NCBI GenBank assembly: GCA_010093745.1
Contig: MU006009.1
Location: forward strand, 62,001 to 104,333
Length of the DNA stretch: 42,333 nucleotides
DNA from: Piedraia hortae CBS 480.64
Taxonomy: Eukaryota
Direction of reading: 5' to 3'
Part shown: positions 9,787 to 21,932 of the stretch, one piece after another
How the letters are laid out: every line of letters starts with the position of its first letter
Position numbering within the stretch: position 1 is the first letter of the stretch
Notes under the pieces: generated by a model
Told to the model about the DNA's origin: nothing
Databases searched by the model: none
Seen by the model: the letters and a program-made list of their open reading frames with translations, nothing else
Position numbers and translations under genes: made by a program

Positions 9787-12700
9787 ATGACTCTTGATGA
9801 CCTGTTTGCTCAGCTAAAGGCCTCGGAGGGTGGCTCACGCTCCCCGCAGAGGCCGTACGAATTCACAAGCCCCAGCATTCAGCCGTCGTTTGGGTCACTG
9901 CGGAACTCCACGACAAGCCCCGCGTCCGCCTCAAATCGGATACTTACCGCTGAGGATCTTGCAGCCTCCCTCAGCAAAACCATGGGATCGAACTCTGCTA
10001 AGCTTCCTCGCTCGGTTGGTGCTAATAGCCCTGGAAACGCGGCGGGAGTTCAAAGCCCATCAGCCGGCCAATCCAAGGACTATCTGCTCAATCTAATCAA
10101 AACACCGGGTGGAGCAAAGGCTGAGACAAAAGCCAACGGTGACAAGCCTGGTGAACCCACGATGGGAAAACTTGCCCTGGAGTTCGCGGAGTCCAACAGC
10201 AGGGCTAAGTCCCCCCCTCACCAGTTTGATTTTGCACCGGCTCTTGAACACCCGACTTCCAAGCCCTCTGAGCAAGACAAGGCGTCCAAATTTACATTTG
10301 TGAACCCCTTTGCCCAGCTCAATGCCTCAATTAATGCCTCAACCAATTCGACGCCCAAAGCTACTTCCCCTGCTCTGTCGCCCCCGCGAAAAGTTGATAT
10401 TGCGAAGCACCAACGAGATGGATCGGACTTGCAGTCTTCTTCGGCACCGGCGACCAAGAAGAGCAAAAAAGCCACTGTAGAGGACGAGGTTGAGCCCAAG
10501 AAGGAGAGTGTCTCGCAGGCTCTTGAAGGTGTTGGCGAAAAGGTCAATAAGCAGGTCGAAAAGGCCTTGGCCAAGGCTGAGAAGAAGGCCTCGCCGCCTG
10601 ACCCTGCTTCTTTCAACGAAGTCCAGGGCCAGGAAGTTGATGCTAATTGGGAAACTGCCGAGGACTCGGCCAGCGGAAATAACAACTCCAAGGTCACGGT
10701 TTACAATTTCCCAATGAAGCCATTCGTATCAATTACCATTGGCAACGATTCCTCTGCCATTCCCTCGCTGGATAAGGAACGTTTGCTGCATCTGGCTCGG
10801 TTTAAGATGTCGTTCGATGCAGTGAATCGTAACCTCATCACGGCCAGACAGTCTCACTTTGCTTATGCACGCATTGGCACGAAGAGGGATAACAACTACC
10901 TTCGCCTGGTCCACCAGGGCACGGGAACCCATCAGCAGCTATTTGCCAGAAATACCGAGCGCATCTTTAACATTCAGTGCTGCGGTACTTATATCAAGCC
11001 TGAGCGTGACATGCAGATTTTGCTTTGCACGGGCATCGATGGCACGGTGTTCTGGGCAAGATTGGTGGAAAATTCTGAGGCGGAAACCATAACAATTCCT
11101 CCGTACCCGGCGGCCGAAGATGCTTCGCCCAACAGTATGGTGAAAACCCGCGCCAAGTGCAGTTCTTGTCATCCAGAATTTTTTGCCCTGAGCCGTACTC
11201 GCATGATCTACATTGTCAGTCCCAATATATTCAAGGGATACGTGGACGAAAAATCCCGCAAGGTTCATACGGTCAAGTACATTGATGATCACTGCCTTCG
11301 CATTAATACGGGCAAAGCTTGCAAAGACTATATCTTTGCCGGGGACGACTCGATGATCTTGACGGTTGACAAGGCTAACGCTATCAAGTTCTGGGACATT
11401 GGGGAACTCACTCGCCTGGCGGGCGACGTAATGGAGGACAAGCACTGGAAGGAGATCACGGAACCGGTGATGACGCTGACTGCGAAGAGTCCGGGTGGGA
11501 AGGGCGCGGAGAAGATGTCTGCTTTTTCTGTCACCCTGCTCGATAAAGAGCGTCCGCATAACAAGAAGGCGGCTCTTCGCTACATGTTGGTTGGTTTCAA
11601 GCAAAATTACGTCTTGCAGCTCTGGGACTTGGCTCTCGGAAAGGTTGTGCAGGAGCTGCGACTGCCCCATACCGATGGTAGCGGCTTCTGCAGCATCAAT
11701 TACCACCCGCGGACGTCGATCATCACGCTTGGCCATCCAGCGCGTAACTCTGTGTTCTTCTTCCACGTCAGTGCGCCCAAGTACAACCTCCCACCCATGA
11801 GCCAGGCTCAATACGTAAATATGCTCGCGAGCGGAGATCCAAACTTGCCCCGTATGGAGAGCACGGCCATTATCAGTGGAGTCCGCGAGATGTCGCTTGC
11901 AAACTGCGGCCAGCTGTACAGTCTTGACTTGTTGCCGACGCCAGTAGATGATTCATCGGCCAAAGAGCAAGGTACGCATAGCCTGTTCGAGCTGTACATT
12001 TACCATTCTCGGGGCTGCGATGCCTTCCCGATTAAGCCTGCTGATCTCGGCTGGGACTCGTTGCTCAGGTTGACGGGAACCGTTGATTCGTCCAAGACTG
12101 ACTTCATTCGCATGGAACCGCTTGAGGAGTCGGGCGATGAAGCCTCTCCGCCCAAGGGAGTTAGAAAGCCTACCGGCAATGCGAAGACTGGAGCAGAGGA
12201 CACTGAGCAGTCCACCAAACCCTTGACAGAAGAGCAGCCTGGGGAGGATCAGAAGGAATCGAAGGATGAGGCTCAGGAGGAACCACCGACAGTCGCAAAA
12301 AGCACCAAAGACGCTGAAGTGTATGAACCGTCGGTCCCGTTGACGAATGACAGCATGCCGAATTTGATCAACGACAACTTCCAGTCTCTCTACAAACGCC
12401 TTGACGCCGATAAACGCGTCTCGGAGGCCGCTGGTGCAGCCAAGCAGGATGCAATCCTCCGTCTCATTTCTAGCACGTTGACTGATAATGTTCACCAAAG
12501 CTTGAGCAGCATCGTCAACGCTAGCATTGAGGCCAGCGTGGTCCCCAGTCTTGTCAAAGTGATTGACGACACTTTGGGAGCCAAACTTGGCCCGTCCATT
12601 CGTCGCGAGATTTCTAACACCCTGCCCAACACCCTTAAACAGGCACTGATGGACTCCAAGGTGCACAATGCGATCGCCAACGTCACGGCTTGTAGTATCC

Positions 12701-13424
12701 AAAAGGAAATTGCCCAGCAGATTCACACCATTAACAAGACCACACAGAGCGTGCTTGATGGCTTTGAATCACGCAACACGAAGCGTTTTCAGGCTGCTGA
12801 AGCACAACGACGTGAGGACCAGGCTAAGATCCAGCAATTGACGGATATGGTTGAGGCAATGTCTTTGAAGGTGCAGGAACTGGCTAGTGCTAAGCAAGCC
12901 GAACGCGAGGAGCCCAAGATGGCTGAGGAATCTCAACTGAAGACCCTGAGCGAAGAGGTGGAGGAAATCAAGAATGAGTTGGTGTCTGGCAATTTCGAAG
13001 CAGGCACGATCATGGTAAGGGCAGTAAAGTGAGATGATATAATGGCTGACACGAAATGTAGTGGATCAAGTCGGCTCGAAAGATTGAGCTGTTTGACGAG
13101 CTTTTCTCAATGGTGAATCCGCAGTACTTGACTGAGGTCTCGACTCTAGCTCAAGTATCGGTCACGGCTGCCTTGACTTCCTCGTTTGACACGCTTGTGC
13201 ACGAGCGCCTGGATTATCTCAGCACGGTGCTTAGCATGATGGATACGCGCGACAAGGACGTTGCCCCCATCTTGTCCACGGTCATGGGGGTGCTGGCTCA
13301 GCGATTGCACTCGTTGCAGCTCGTGTGTTCGTGTGCCTCTCCCAAGGACGAGGATTTGGTCAAGAAGATCCAGCTGCTACACGATCATGCGAAGTTCCTC
13401 GAGCAAATGGCGACTTCGGAGTGA
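9787..13424 (+). CDS. EDC4/Pdc1-like mRNA-decapping scaffold; exons 9787-13014 and 13062-13424
   Basis: Low-complexity N-terminus, VYNFPMKPFVSI motif, beta-propeller-like region (LRYMLVGFKQNYVLQLWDLALGKVVQEL, GHPARNSVFFFHVSAPKY), coiled coil and helical C-terminus. A 47-bp intron at 13015-13061 (GTAAGG...GCTGAC...TAG) links to the 13110 ORF in frame. Confidence 0.72.
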
Positions 13425-13545
13425 GGGCATGGGACACTGCATTGCTAGGCGTTGACGGGCGTTGATAGTGTAATAAAATTCCGATTGCCCACTTACGTCA
13501 CGCTTCTTCCAAGGCAGGGTGGGGAAGTTGTAGAGGACGAACACG

Positions 13546-14596
13546 ATGGCTAACTCCAGGGCTATTCCAAGCATCAAGCTGAACGACGGCAACAGTATCC
13601 CAATGGTAGGGCATTAATCCTAACAACGTTGATCCTAACTGCTTCCACAGCTGGGCTACGGCGTAGGCACGGCCTGGTACAAGCGGGACAACGTAGACAA
13701 ATATGACAATGCGTGTGAGAAAGCGGTCGAATCCGCCCTAAAGCTAGGCTATCGCCACCTAGACGCGGCAGAGAGCTACAAGACCGAGCCCGAAGTCGGA
13801 GCGGCCATCAAATCCAGCAAGCTGCCCCGAGACAAACTCTTCATCACCACCAAAGTCAGCACCAGCATCGACGACATCCCCTCCGCTTTACAAGCCAGCC
13901 TATCCAAACTCGGTCTGGACTACGTTGACCTCTTCCTGATCCACTCCCCCTTCTTCGCCAAAGACTCCCCCCAACCCGCAGCCCTCCACCAATCCAAATG
14001 GGCCGAAATGGAAAAACTCAAACACCGCGGCCTGGCCAAGTCCATCGGCGTAAGCAACTACCTCCCCGAACACCTCGACTACATCCTCGAAACCTGCTCC
14101 GTCTGTCCCGCTGTAAACCAAATCGAATTCCACCCTTACCTGCAGCATGGCAATCTGCTTGCTTACCATCGTTCCAAGGTATAAACAAACAATCAAGACA
14201 TGCTCCGCGAAGCATCCCTACTCACTATTCTTTCTAGGGTATTGTAACGGAGGCCTACTCCCCCCTCACACCCGTGACTAAAGCGTCCGGTGGACCCGTT
14301 GATGACATTGTCTCCGCACTGAGTAAGAAATACGCCGTCTCACCCGGGGAAATTTGTCTCCGCTGGTGTATTGATCAGGATGTTGTCCCCATCACCACGT
14401 CGGCGAAGGAGGAGAGACTCTCGGATTTTCTGAGGGCGATGGCGTTTAAACTTACGCCGAGAGAGATTCAGGACGTAGGTGCAATGTTTTGTCGTTTGGG
14501 TGGGTGGGCTGACGGGGTTAGATCAATGAGGCGGGGAGGAAGAAGCATTATAGGGGGTATTGGACTGAGTATTATGATGGGGGTGATAAGCGGTAG
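13546..14596 (+). CDS. Aldo-keto reductase; exons 13546-13605, 13651-14178, 14238-14474 and 14522-14596
   Basis: IKLNDGNSIPM/LGYGVGTAW, GYRHLDAAESYKTE, LFITTK, LDYVDLFLIHSP, KSIGVSNY, NQIEFHPY. Three canonical introns (45, 59 and 47 bp) keep the frame. Confidence 0.92.
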
Positions 14597-14677
14597 GTTT
14601 CTGTGGATGGATAGACTCTGTCCTACACGTTTACGAAGACAACTTTTGCGATTACCACTCCAGAACCTTACTTCCTC

Positions 14678-16818
14678 CTAGTAATTCAGACGCTGAAAAG
14701 TACTCACTTCGCGGTCATAGTCATGTTGATGGTGGTGGTTTTTCCTCCCTTTTCTTCTCCCTCCTCCTGAATTATTCCCTTGCTGTTGCTGCTGCTGCTG
14801 TTGATGCATCTGAAGCAGCTGCTGCTGGGGCGGTAACTCATCTTCTCTGAGTCTCTTCGACGGAGCAGACGGGTTCGCACCAGGCTGGATACGCTTACTC
14901 ATCGCCTTACTGCTTACGCCCGCTCCGATTTCAATATCTGGCTCCTCGAGCACCATTCCGCCTTCGAGCTGTTTCCCTCCCGTGCCGCCGTACTCTGCCG
15001 TCGTGAGCCATTTTACGTCTGCGGGGGTAAGCTTCGCGATTGGGATGACACTCTCGCCACGCTGGTAATCGCAGCATTCTCGTGGCCCGAAACCCACACC
15101 CCATTTCGTCTGGCGCGCTACGCGCACGACTTCGGCGTCACCGCGGGTTTGTAGCTGTTCAACGCCGTTTTTGGCGTCGACGGCGAATTGGCGGGTAGTC
15201 ATTTTGACAAAGGCGTGGCGTTTGTCGCGGTTTGCGATGCAGGTTTGAACTCGCCCGAATCGCTCGAAGAGGTCCCGGATTTCTTCCTCGTTGCCGTTCG
15301 CTCCGCCTACGAAGAGGGTGCGGGAGAGGATTTTGATGCAGTGGGCGGGTAGGCTGTGGTCTAGAGCAATGTATTTGGGTTGCATGGGACGACCGTTCAT
15401 GGCAAGTTCTTCGCTTCGCGGGATGGAAAGAGGTGAGCGTTGTCGGAATCGTCCGCGGCGATCATCGTTATGACCGCTCTCGCCACCTCGTTGGTTCTCG
15501 TAGTTGCCGTATACCGGACTGCCCCGATGGCGACCCCGATCTGGGCTGCGGCTCCGTCGACGGTCGTGGGAATCGTAAGCTCTGCTGTTGTTGCCGCTTG
15601 GAGCTGGGTTGGCGTCGTTGAATGCTTGGAGTACCGGGCCCCATTGATCCATTGGTACTCCTTGCTTTTGCAAATCTTGCAGTAGAGTCAGTGCTTGCAC
15701 GAGCTTGGCTTGGTCGTTGACAATGTTGGCAGGTAAGATCCCGCGGAGAGGTGCCAAAGGATCCGCTGGCGCTGGATTGTTCGTCGGCGGTGCGTATGCC
15801 GCTGGAAGGTTTTGCGGGATCGACGGTGGGGGCACCGGAGGTGGGAAAGACAAATTAGACGGCATTCCATATGGTAGCGGCGTTGTAGATGGGCCTGGAA
15901 AACCAGGAGCTTGCTGCTGCTGCTGCGGCTGCTGTCCCAGCAAAGCTGCAAAATTAGGCGGAAGTTGCGGAAGATACTGCTGAGGTACAGGCTGTGATGG
16001 TATTGCAGCTGGCTGTAGTGGTGGTGGTGGAGGTGGTGGCTGCTGCTGAACCGATACCGGGGCTGGAACAGCCTGCGCAAGTGCTGCCAAAAGACCGCCT
16101 ACGTCTTCTGATTTTGATTGCGGTGTACTTTTCGGTACGTCCGGGGCTTTTGGGGCCGGTGGTTCATGGCCAGGGAGCAGCCCTTGAGAGTATAATTGTG
16201 CTGAAGGCCAGCCTAATGGAGTGCCAATTGGCCTACTTGGTTTAGATGCCGCCACTTTTTGAGACGGATGCATTACAGCTCCATTGGATTGAGTAGCCGC
16301 TTCACGGAGCTTAATGCGGAAATTTGCAAGTAGATGGGAAGGAAAAGTGTTGGCTTTTTCCCATATTGCAATCATATTCTCTAATTTGGGCCTGTACTCA
16401 GATGGCGAGCATCCGATAATGTCGTCAAATAGTGCAGGAATTACTTCGGTGACACGTTTAACGGCGGCCGCATAGGTGCCGGGTTCGCTACGGTTTTCAA
16501 CCTTGAGGTCTTGGCCGAGGGATTTGGCCTTGTCGATCCATTGCCTGACAACGCTGTCTATAACGTACAGCGCACCAAGCTTATGGCTGGGCGGCGCCTT
16601 TTTAAAGGCGCGAGCCAGCGATTGCACGATGCTCTCGTCTTCCTGTATACCGGTCAAAACATCTACGCGAAACTTTACTGTCGAGGCAAACGAACCTGAA
16701 CATGGCTCACACACAAATTGGTGATGCTGCTGACTTTGGTTTTGCTGGCCCCCGGTGGCTTAAGGTGATTGAGGGAAGCAAGCTGCTGTTCTAGATCGGC
16801 AATCGTAGGAGATGCCAT
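14678..16818 (-). CDS. NRD1: Nrd1/Seb1-like RNA-binding termination factor (CID + RRM); exons 16818-16696 and 16642-14678
   Basis: CID domain (LKPPGASKTKV, HKLGALYVIDSVVRQW), RS motif, RRM (SRTLFVGG...RFGRVQTCIANRDKRHAFVKM, WGVGFGPRECCDY, EEPDIEIGAGVSSKAMSKR). A 53-bp intron lies at 16643-16695. The 3' end may contain a further intron. Confidence 0.88.
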
Positions 16819-17796
16819 GACTCTCTTCCGCAGCGGACTCTACGCGCTTCTGCCGGCAGCGAGGCTACGATGACACTACGCTCACAATTATAGCAGGTTT
16901 GGCCGGGAAAAGATTACGCTCCCTGATACCGTCAAGCCTGAAGCCGATGTTCGGTCTACGCAGCGAAAGGTGCCTTTCAAAAGTGCCAGTTAGGCAGAAA
17001 AGCTTTACTTATGATTGTGCTTTTAGAGGCCACCCGTATTGCGCTGATTCAGCCTGAGCGCGCGTGACAATGTAGTCTATGGCTTCTACTGTAGCCTTGC
17101 AAGGGCGTCGTCTATGGCCCAGAATCTCCTTCCTAAACCGTTGGTTGTGAGTGCGGTGACGCGTCGCAGGCTCTGATGATAAAAACGCCGCTCACAAGCT
17201 GTCAACAAGTGCTTACTACGTTTCTAGTGAAGCGGGATCACGCGACGATTGTGGTGTGCGAATGGAGGAGTGGTTTGCGGATGGAAGAAGACAGGGGTCA
17301 ACTTAAGAGTCAGCGCCCGGGGATTAGCCGGCTTGGCAATGAGTTTATTTATGCAAATGTCTTGGCAGGATTTTGGTCAATCCCAGCGTTTTTATTTTGT
17401 TTTTTTGGAACAATTTGCGAGCTCCATCAACCCAATCGTTTTGGAGGCTGCGTTTGCGGCAGTCACAGCCTCGATACACAAGTCGAGAAGGTATATCATG
17501 CTACTGCTGGTCTTGACTCAGGTAATGGATTTGCAATGATCAGAAGAGCAATTTATAGCATCAAGGACGGCATTCACATGACGAGATAGCACCAACTACA
17601 AGGCTTTCCCAGAAGGAATAGGAATGCGCAACAATCGTATCACAGGAATGTCGGTCGTTGGTGAATCAACAGCAGCGATGACAGCCGATAAAAAGCGCCA
17701 GCTCCACTTGGTGCGTGCACCGGAGTTTAACCGAGCTTCGCCGGATTCCGGAAAACTCACTCCTGCCTTTCTTCTGCACCTTTCCTCCCAATCATC

Positions 17797-19259
17797 ATGT
17801 CAGCCTCTACCGTCTCACGTACAACAATTCGCCGTTCCCTGGCCTCCACGGCCTTCTCGTCGCGAAATGTCGCGTTCCGCTCCTATGCCACTGCGAAGAA
17901 TGCGGTAAGTTGTGCGGGGCAGCTCGAGGAGCTTCGGCTGACGTCGATGAGCAGACTCTGAAGGAGACGTTTGCCGCCAGTCTGCCGGAGAAAATCGAAC
18001 AGATCAAGAAGCTGCGGAAGGGCTATGGCGATAAGGTGGTCAGCGAGGTCAAGCTCGACCAGGTATACGGCGGCGCGCGCAGCATCAAGTCTCTGGTTTG
18101 GGAAGGCTCGGTTCTGGACAGCGAGGAGGGCATCCGGTTCCGCGGCAGGACCATCCCAGAGTGCCAAAAGGTGCTTCCTAAGGCGGCCGGCGGCGAGCAG
18201 CCGCTTCCCGAGGGCATATTCTGGCTTCTGCTGACAGGCGAGGTGCCGACGGAAGAGCAGGTTCGCCAGCTCTCTGCCGAGTGGGCGGCCCGTAGTGAGG
18301 TGCCGTCTTTTGTGACAGAGCTGATTGATCGCTGCCCCAGCGATTTGCACCCGATGGCACAGTTCTCCCTGGCCATCACAGCACTGGAGCATGAGTCGTC
18401 GTTTGCCAAAGCCTACGAAAAGGGCATGCCCAAGACGCAATATTGGGAACACACTTTCGAGGACAGCATGGACCTCATTGCGCGGCTGCCGACGATTGCG
18501 GCGCGCATCTATCGCAACGTGTACAAGGACGGCAAGGTTCCGGCTGTGCAAGCGGACAAAGATTTTGGATACAACTTGGCTAACATGCTTGGATTTGCCG
18601 AGAACACCGACTTTGTTGAGCTCATGCGCCTGTACCTGACCATCCACTCTGACCACGAGGGCGGCAACGTGTCGGCCCACACGACCCACCTGGTTGGCTC
18701 AGCTCTCTCTTCGCCCATGCTATCTCTGGCGGCCGGGCTGAACGGTCTTGCTGGCCCTCTGCACGGCCTGGCCAACCAGGAGGTGCTCCGCTGGCTGCAG
18801 GAGATGAAAAAGTCGATTGGCAACGATCTCTCGGATGAGAATATCAAGAAGTACCTCTGGGATACGCTCAAATCTGGCCGCGTCGTGCCTGGCTACGGCC
18901 ACGCCGTGCTGCGCAAGACGGATCCGCGCTACACCTCGCAGCGCGAGTTTGCGCTCAAGCATCTCCCCGATGACCCCATGTTCAAGCTGGTCAGCCAGGT
19001 TTTCAAGATCGCGCCGGGCGTTCTGACGGAGCACGGCAAGACGAAGAACCCTTACCCCAACGTTGATGCCCACTCGGGCGTGCTGCTCCAGTACTACGGC
19101 CTTACGGAACAGAACTTTTACACGGTGCTCTTCGGCGTTAGCAGAGCCCTCGGTGTCTTGCCGCAACTTATCATTGATCGCGCTGTCGGGGCGCCCATTG
19201 AGCGGCCCAAGTCCTTGTCAACCGAGGCCTACGCGAAGCTCGTCGGTGCTCAGCTATGA
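17797..19259 (+). CDS. cit1: Mitochondrial citrate synthase; exons 17797-17904 and 17955-19259
   Basis: Arg/Ser-rich presequence, 50-bp intron (GTAAGT...GCTGAC...CAG), and motifs [37 protein letters not shown] and PNVDAHSG. Confidence 0.96.
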
Positions 19260-19615
19260 GACGCGGACAGGCGGCCCGATGCCCGCCTTGTGAAGCGTGC
19301 CTTAGGTCTGCTTGGTGGTGACGGCGGCGGCACGTGGCGCTGATACGGGACACGAGCCTCTGTACATTGGGTCTTGTAATAACTATTTTTAACCATGATC
19401 AAGGCCAGATGCAATCACCCTTGTCGAAGTGTGGGTCAGCCGGGCCTCGGTTGGGTCCAATCCTTGTAGCCTGAACCCTATGCGAACCCTTGTCCCCACC
19501 CATTTTTCCACCTGTAACTTGTAGGTCTTGGTCGGCTCAGAGACAGCTCAGCTCACAAACAGCCCAGGAACCATTCGTTTGCCTTGGTCCGGCCCTGATC
19601 ACCAGCCCATCCGCC

Positions 19616-20641
19616 ATGTCCTCCGCTCCGCTAGAGAAGAAACCGGTCAAGTTCAGCAACTTGTTGCTGGGCGCCGGCCTTAACATGTTCGAAGTGACGA
19701 CGCTGGGCCAGCCGCTCGAAGTCATGAAGACCACAATGGCCGCTAATCGTCAAGACGGTCTGGTTGGTGCTATTTCGCGCATCTGGGGGCGCGGTGGTAT
19801 CCTGGGATGTGCGTACACATCGCACATGCTGATCTATCTGAACCCATTGCTAACAGTCTGCAGTCTACCAGGGTCTTATCCCGTGGGCCTGGATTGAAGC
19901 ATCCACCAAGGGCGCAGTGCTGCTCTTCGTGGCCAGCGAAGCCGAATACTATGCCCGCACCTTTGGTGCCAGCAATTTCGTCGCCGGGATCAGCGGCGGT
20001 ATGGCTGGTGGGTTGGCCCAGGCGTACGCGACCATGGGCTTCTGCACCTGCATGAAGACGGTAGAGATGACGAAGCACAAGGCGGCTGCGTCTGGTGCAA
20101 AAGTGCCGGGCACGATGGCAACATTTATGGAGATTTATCGGCGCGAGGGTATTAGAGGCATCAATAAAGGTGTCAATGCTGTCGCCGTGCGTCAGGTTAC
20201 CAACTGGGGCAGTCGCTTTGGCCTCAGCCGTGTTGCGTAAGGCACTTTTCGGACATTTCTGATTTAAATGCTGACAAGAGCAGCGAAAATGGCATCCGTT
20301 CCGTCACAGGAAAGACAGATTCGTCGCAAAAGCTGACGGTCATGGAGAAGGTTTTAGCTTCGGCTCTGGGAGGCGGCCTTTCTGCTTGGAATCAGCCCAT
20401 TGAGGTTGTCCGTGTGGAAATGCAGTCCAAAAAGGAAGATCCCAATCGTCCTAAAAAGATGACCGTGGGCAACACTTTCCGATACATCTACCAGACTTCA
20501 GGTCTCAAGGGCCTGTATCGTGGAGTTGCGCCACGTATAGGTCTTGGTGTCTGGCAGACGGTATGCATGGTCGCCCTTGGCGATGTCGCCAAAGAGTTTG
20601 TCGAAAGGGCAACGGGCGAAACGGTCACTGCAAAACATTAA
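19616..20641 (+). CDS. YHM2: Mitochondrial citrate/oxoglutarate carrier Yhm2; exons 19616-19808, 19864-20236 and 20284-20641
   Basis: [74 protein letters not shown]. Introns at 19809-19863 and 20237-20283 restore the frame. Confidence 0.93.
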
Positions 20642-21383
20642 AGCAAAAAAGCTGTTGTATTCATCTAGCGTATACAGTTAATCGGGCTGTACAGTAGGGA
20701 ATACCTATGGAAAAGATACGGTTCTCAATTGTTGTCTCCATAGTCAGCTTGGGAGCAAGTACATTCTGTTGTCCTCGATTGCTGTCTTCCAACATGAGCT
20801 CTCATCGCCATCTTCGATAAAACAGTCATTACTTGTTGGGTCGAAACTATTGGAGGCTTTATCAGGCGATCGACCTGATTGCTCCCTCCGTCCTGATAGC
20901 GACTGTATATTGAACCATCCAAGTCTTTCATATGGCTGCTTATAAGAATCATGGGATCAATCGACGTCTTTCAAGAACAACAATGAAGCATACGCTCGAA
21001 TGGTATACTGTTCAACCAGTTTACGAGACCGTGCAGGACAATTACGCATCGATTTGTTTTTGGTAGTTTCGAAGATGTCTACAGGCAGTTCGTTAAATTT
21101 TCGGTGCTCTATTCTAAAGCTTAAATTTCTTAGTATATGTACCAGCAAGTGATGAATTCGAGCGGATGGCAGTTCGATAGGACTGCCTTTCACCCACCAA
21201 AGAATCGAACCCAAACAGCTGTGCACGCACTGCCCATCCATCAACAAACCCTCCTGTCTCACCCTACTCTCAATAAACCATTCAACAAAACTCCCCCACA
21301 AGTCTTGCACTTTATTCACGCCACCACAACAACACATCCACCCCAGTGTTCTTACGACACCCCTCCCCTCCACACAACATACA

Positions 21384-21680
21384 ATGTCAACCAACACGCC
21401 CAACTCCCCCTTTGTGTACGAAGGCATCGGGCAAGCGCAGCCCTTTTCTCTGGATCGAAAACCCAACAGACCCAAGCGCTCCTCTACCGAGACAAAAACC
21501 AGTCGTCCCACGGTCAGCAATTCCGCAGGTCGTCATCTCGCTACTGCGCTCCGCATCCTGCGCGGAATTGCAATCACGCCGATTGGCTTGATCGGTTCGG
21601 AATGCGGTCAGAGTTTGTTTGTGGATACCGGGTATGAGGCCGATGAGGAGTCGGGAGAGGAGGGGGAAGTTGTTTGGTGA
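21384..21680 (+). CDS. Small hypothetical protein (98 aa) with an acidic C-terminus
   Basis: ATG follows a C/A-rich leader (acaacatacaATG). The ORF ends DTGYEADEESGEEGEVVW and is followed by a G/T-rich trailer. No family recognised. Confidence 0.4.
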   Translation: MSTNTPNSPFVYEGIGQAQPFSLDRKPNRPKRSSTETKTSRPTVSNSAGRHLATALRILRGIAITPIGLIGSECGQSLFVDTGYEADEESGEEGEVVW

Positions 21681-21932
21681 GTAGGATTAGCAAGTGGGTT
21701 GGTAGATGGGTATGTAATTGGTTGGGGCGGTGATAGTTTGCTTTGGGTGTGGTTTGGGGTGGTCGCCGACGAATGGAACTTTGATGAGCTTTTTTGAGTG
21801 GGATAGACCCCTCTTGGGAAATTAGGATGGTCCGTGCAGTCCTCGGTATTCTGATTGGTCGGCAGGCCCACAAGTAGAGGGTTTTGATGTCGGGAGCAGT
21901 GATCGTGAATACGTATGATAGTGCAGCCAGAA

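Noticed and set aside
17715..17954. ORF-track N-terminus of citrate synthase (MHRSLTEL...)
   Set aside because: Artefact of reading through the leader and intron; the spliced model from ATG 17797 gives a proper presequence.
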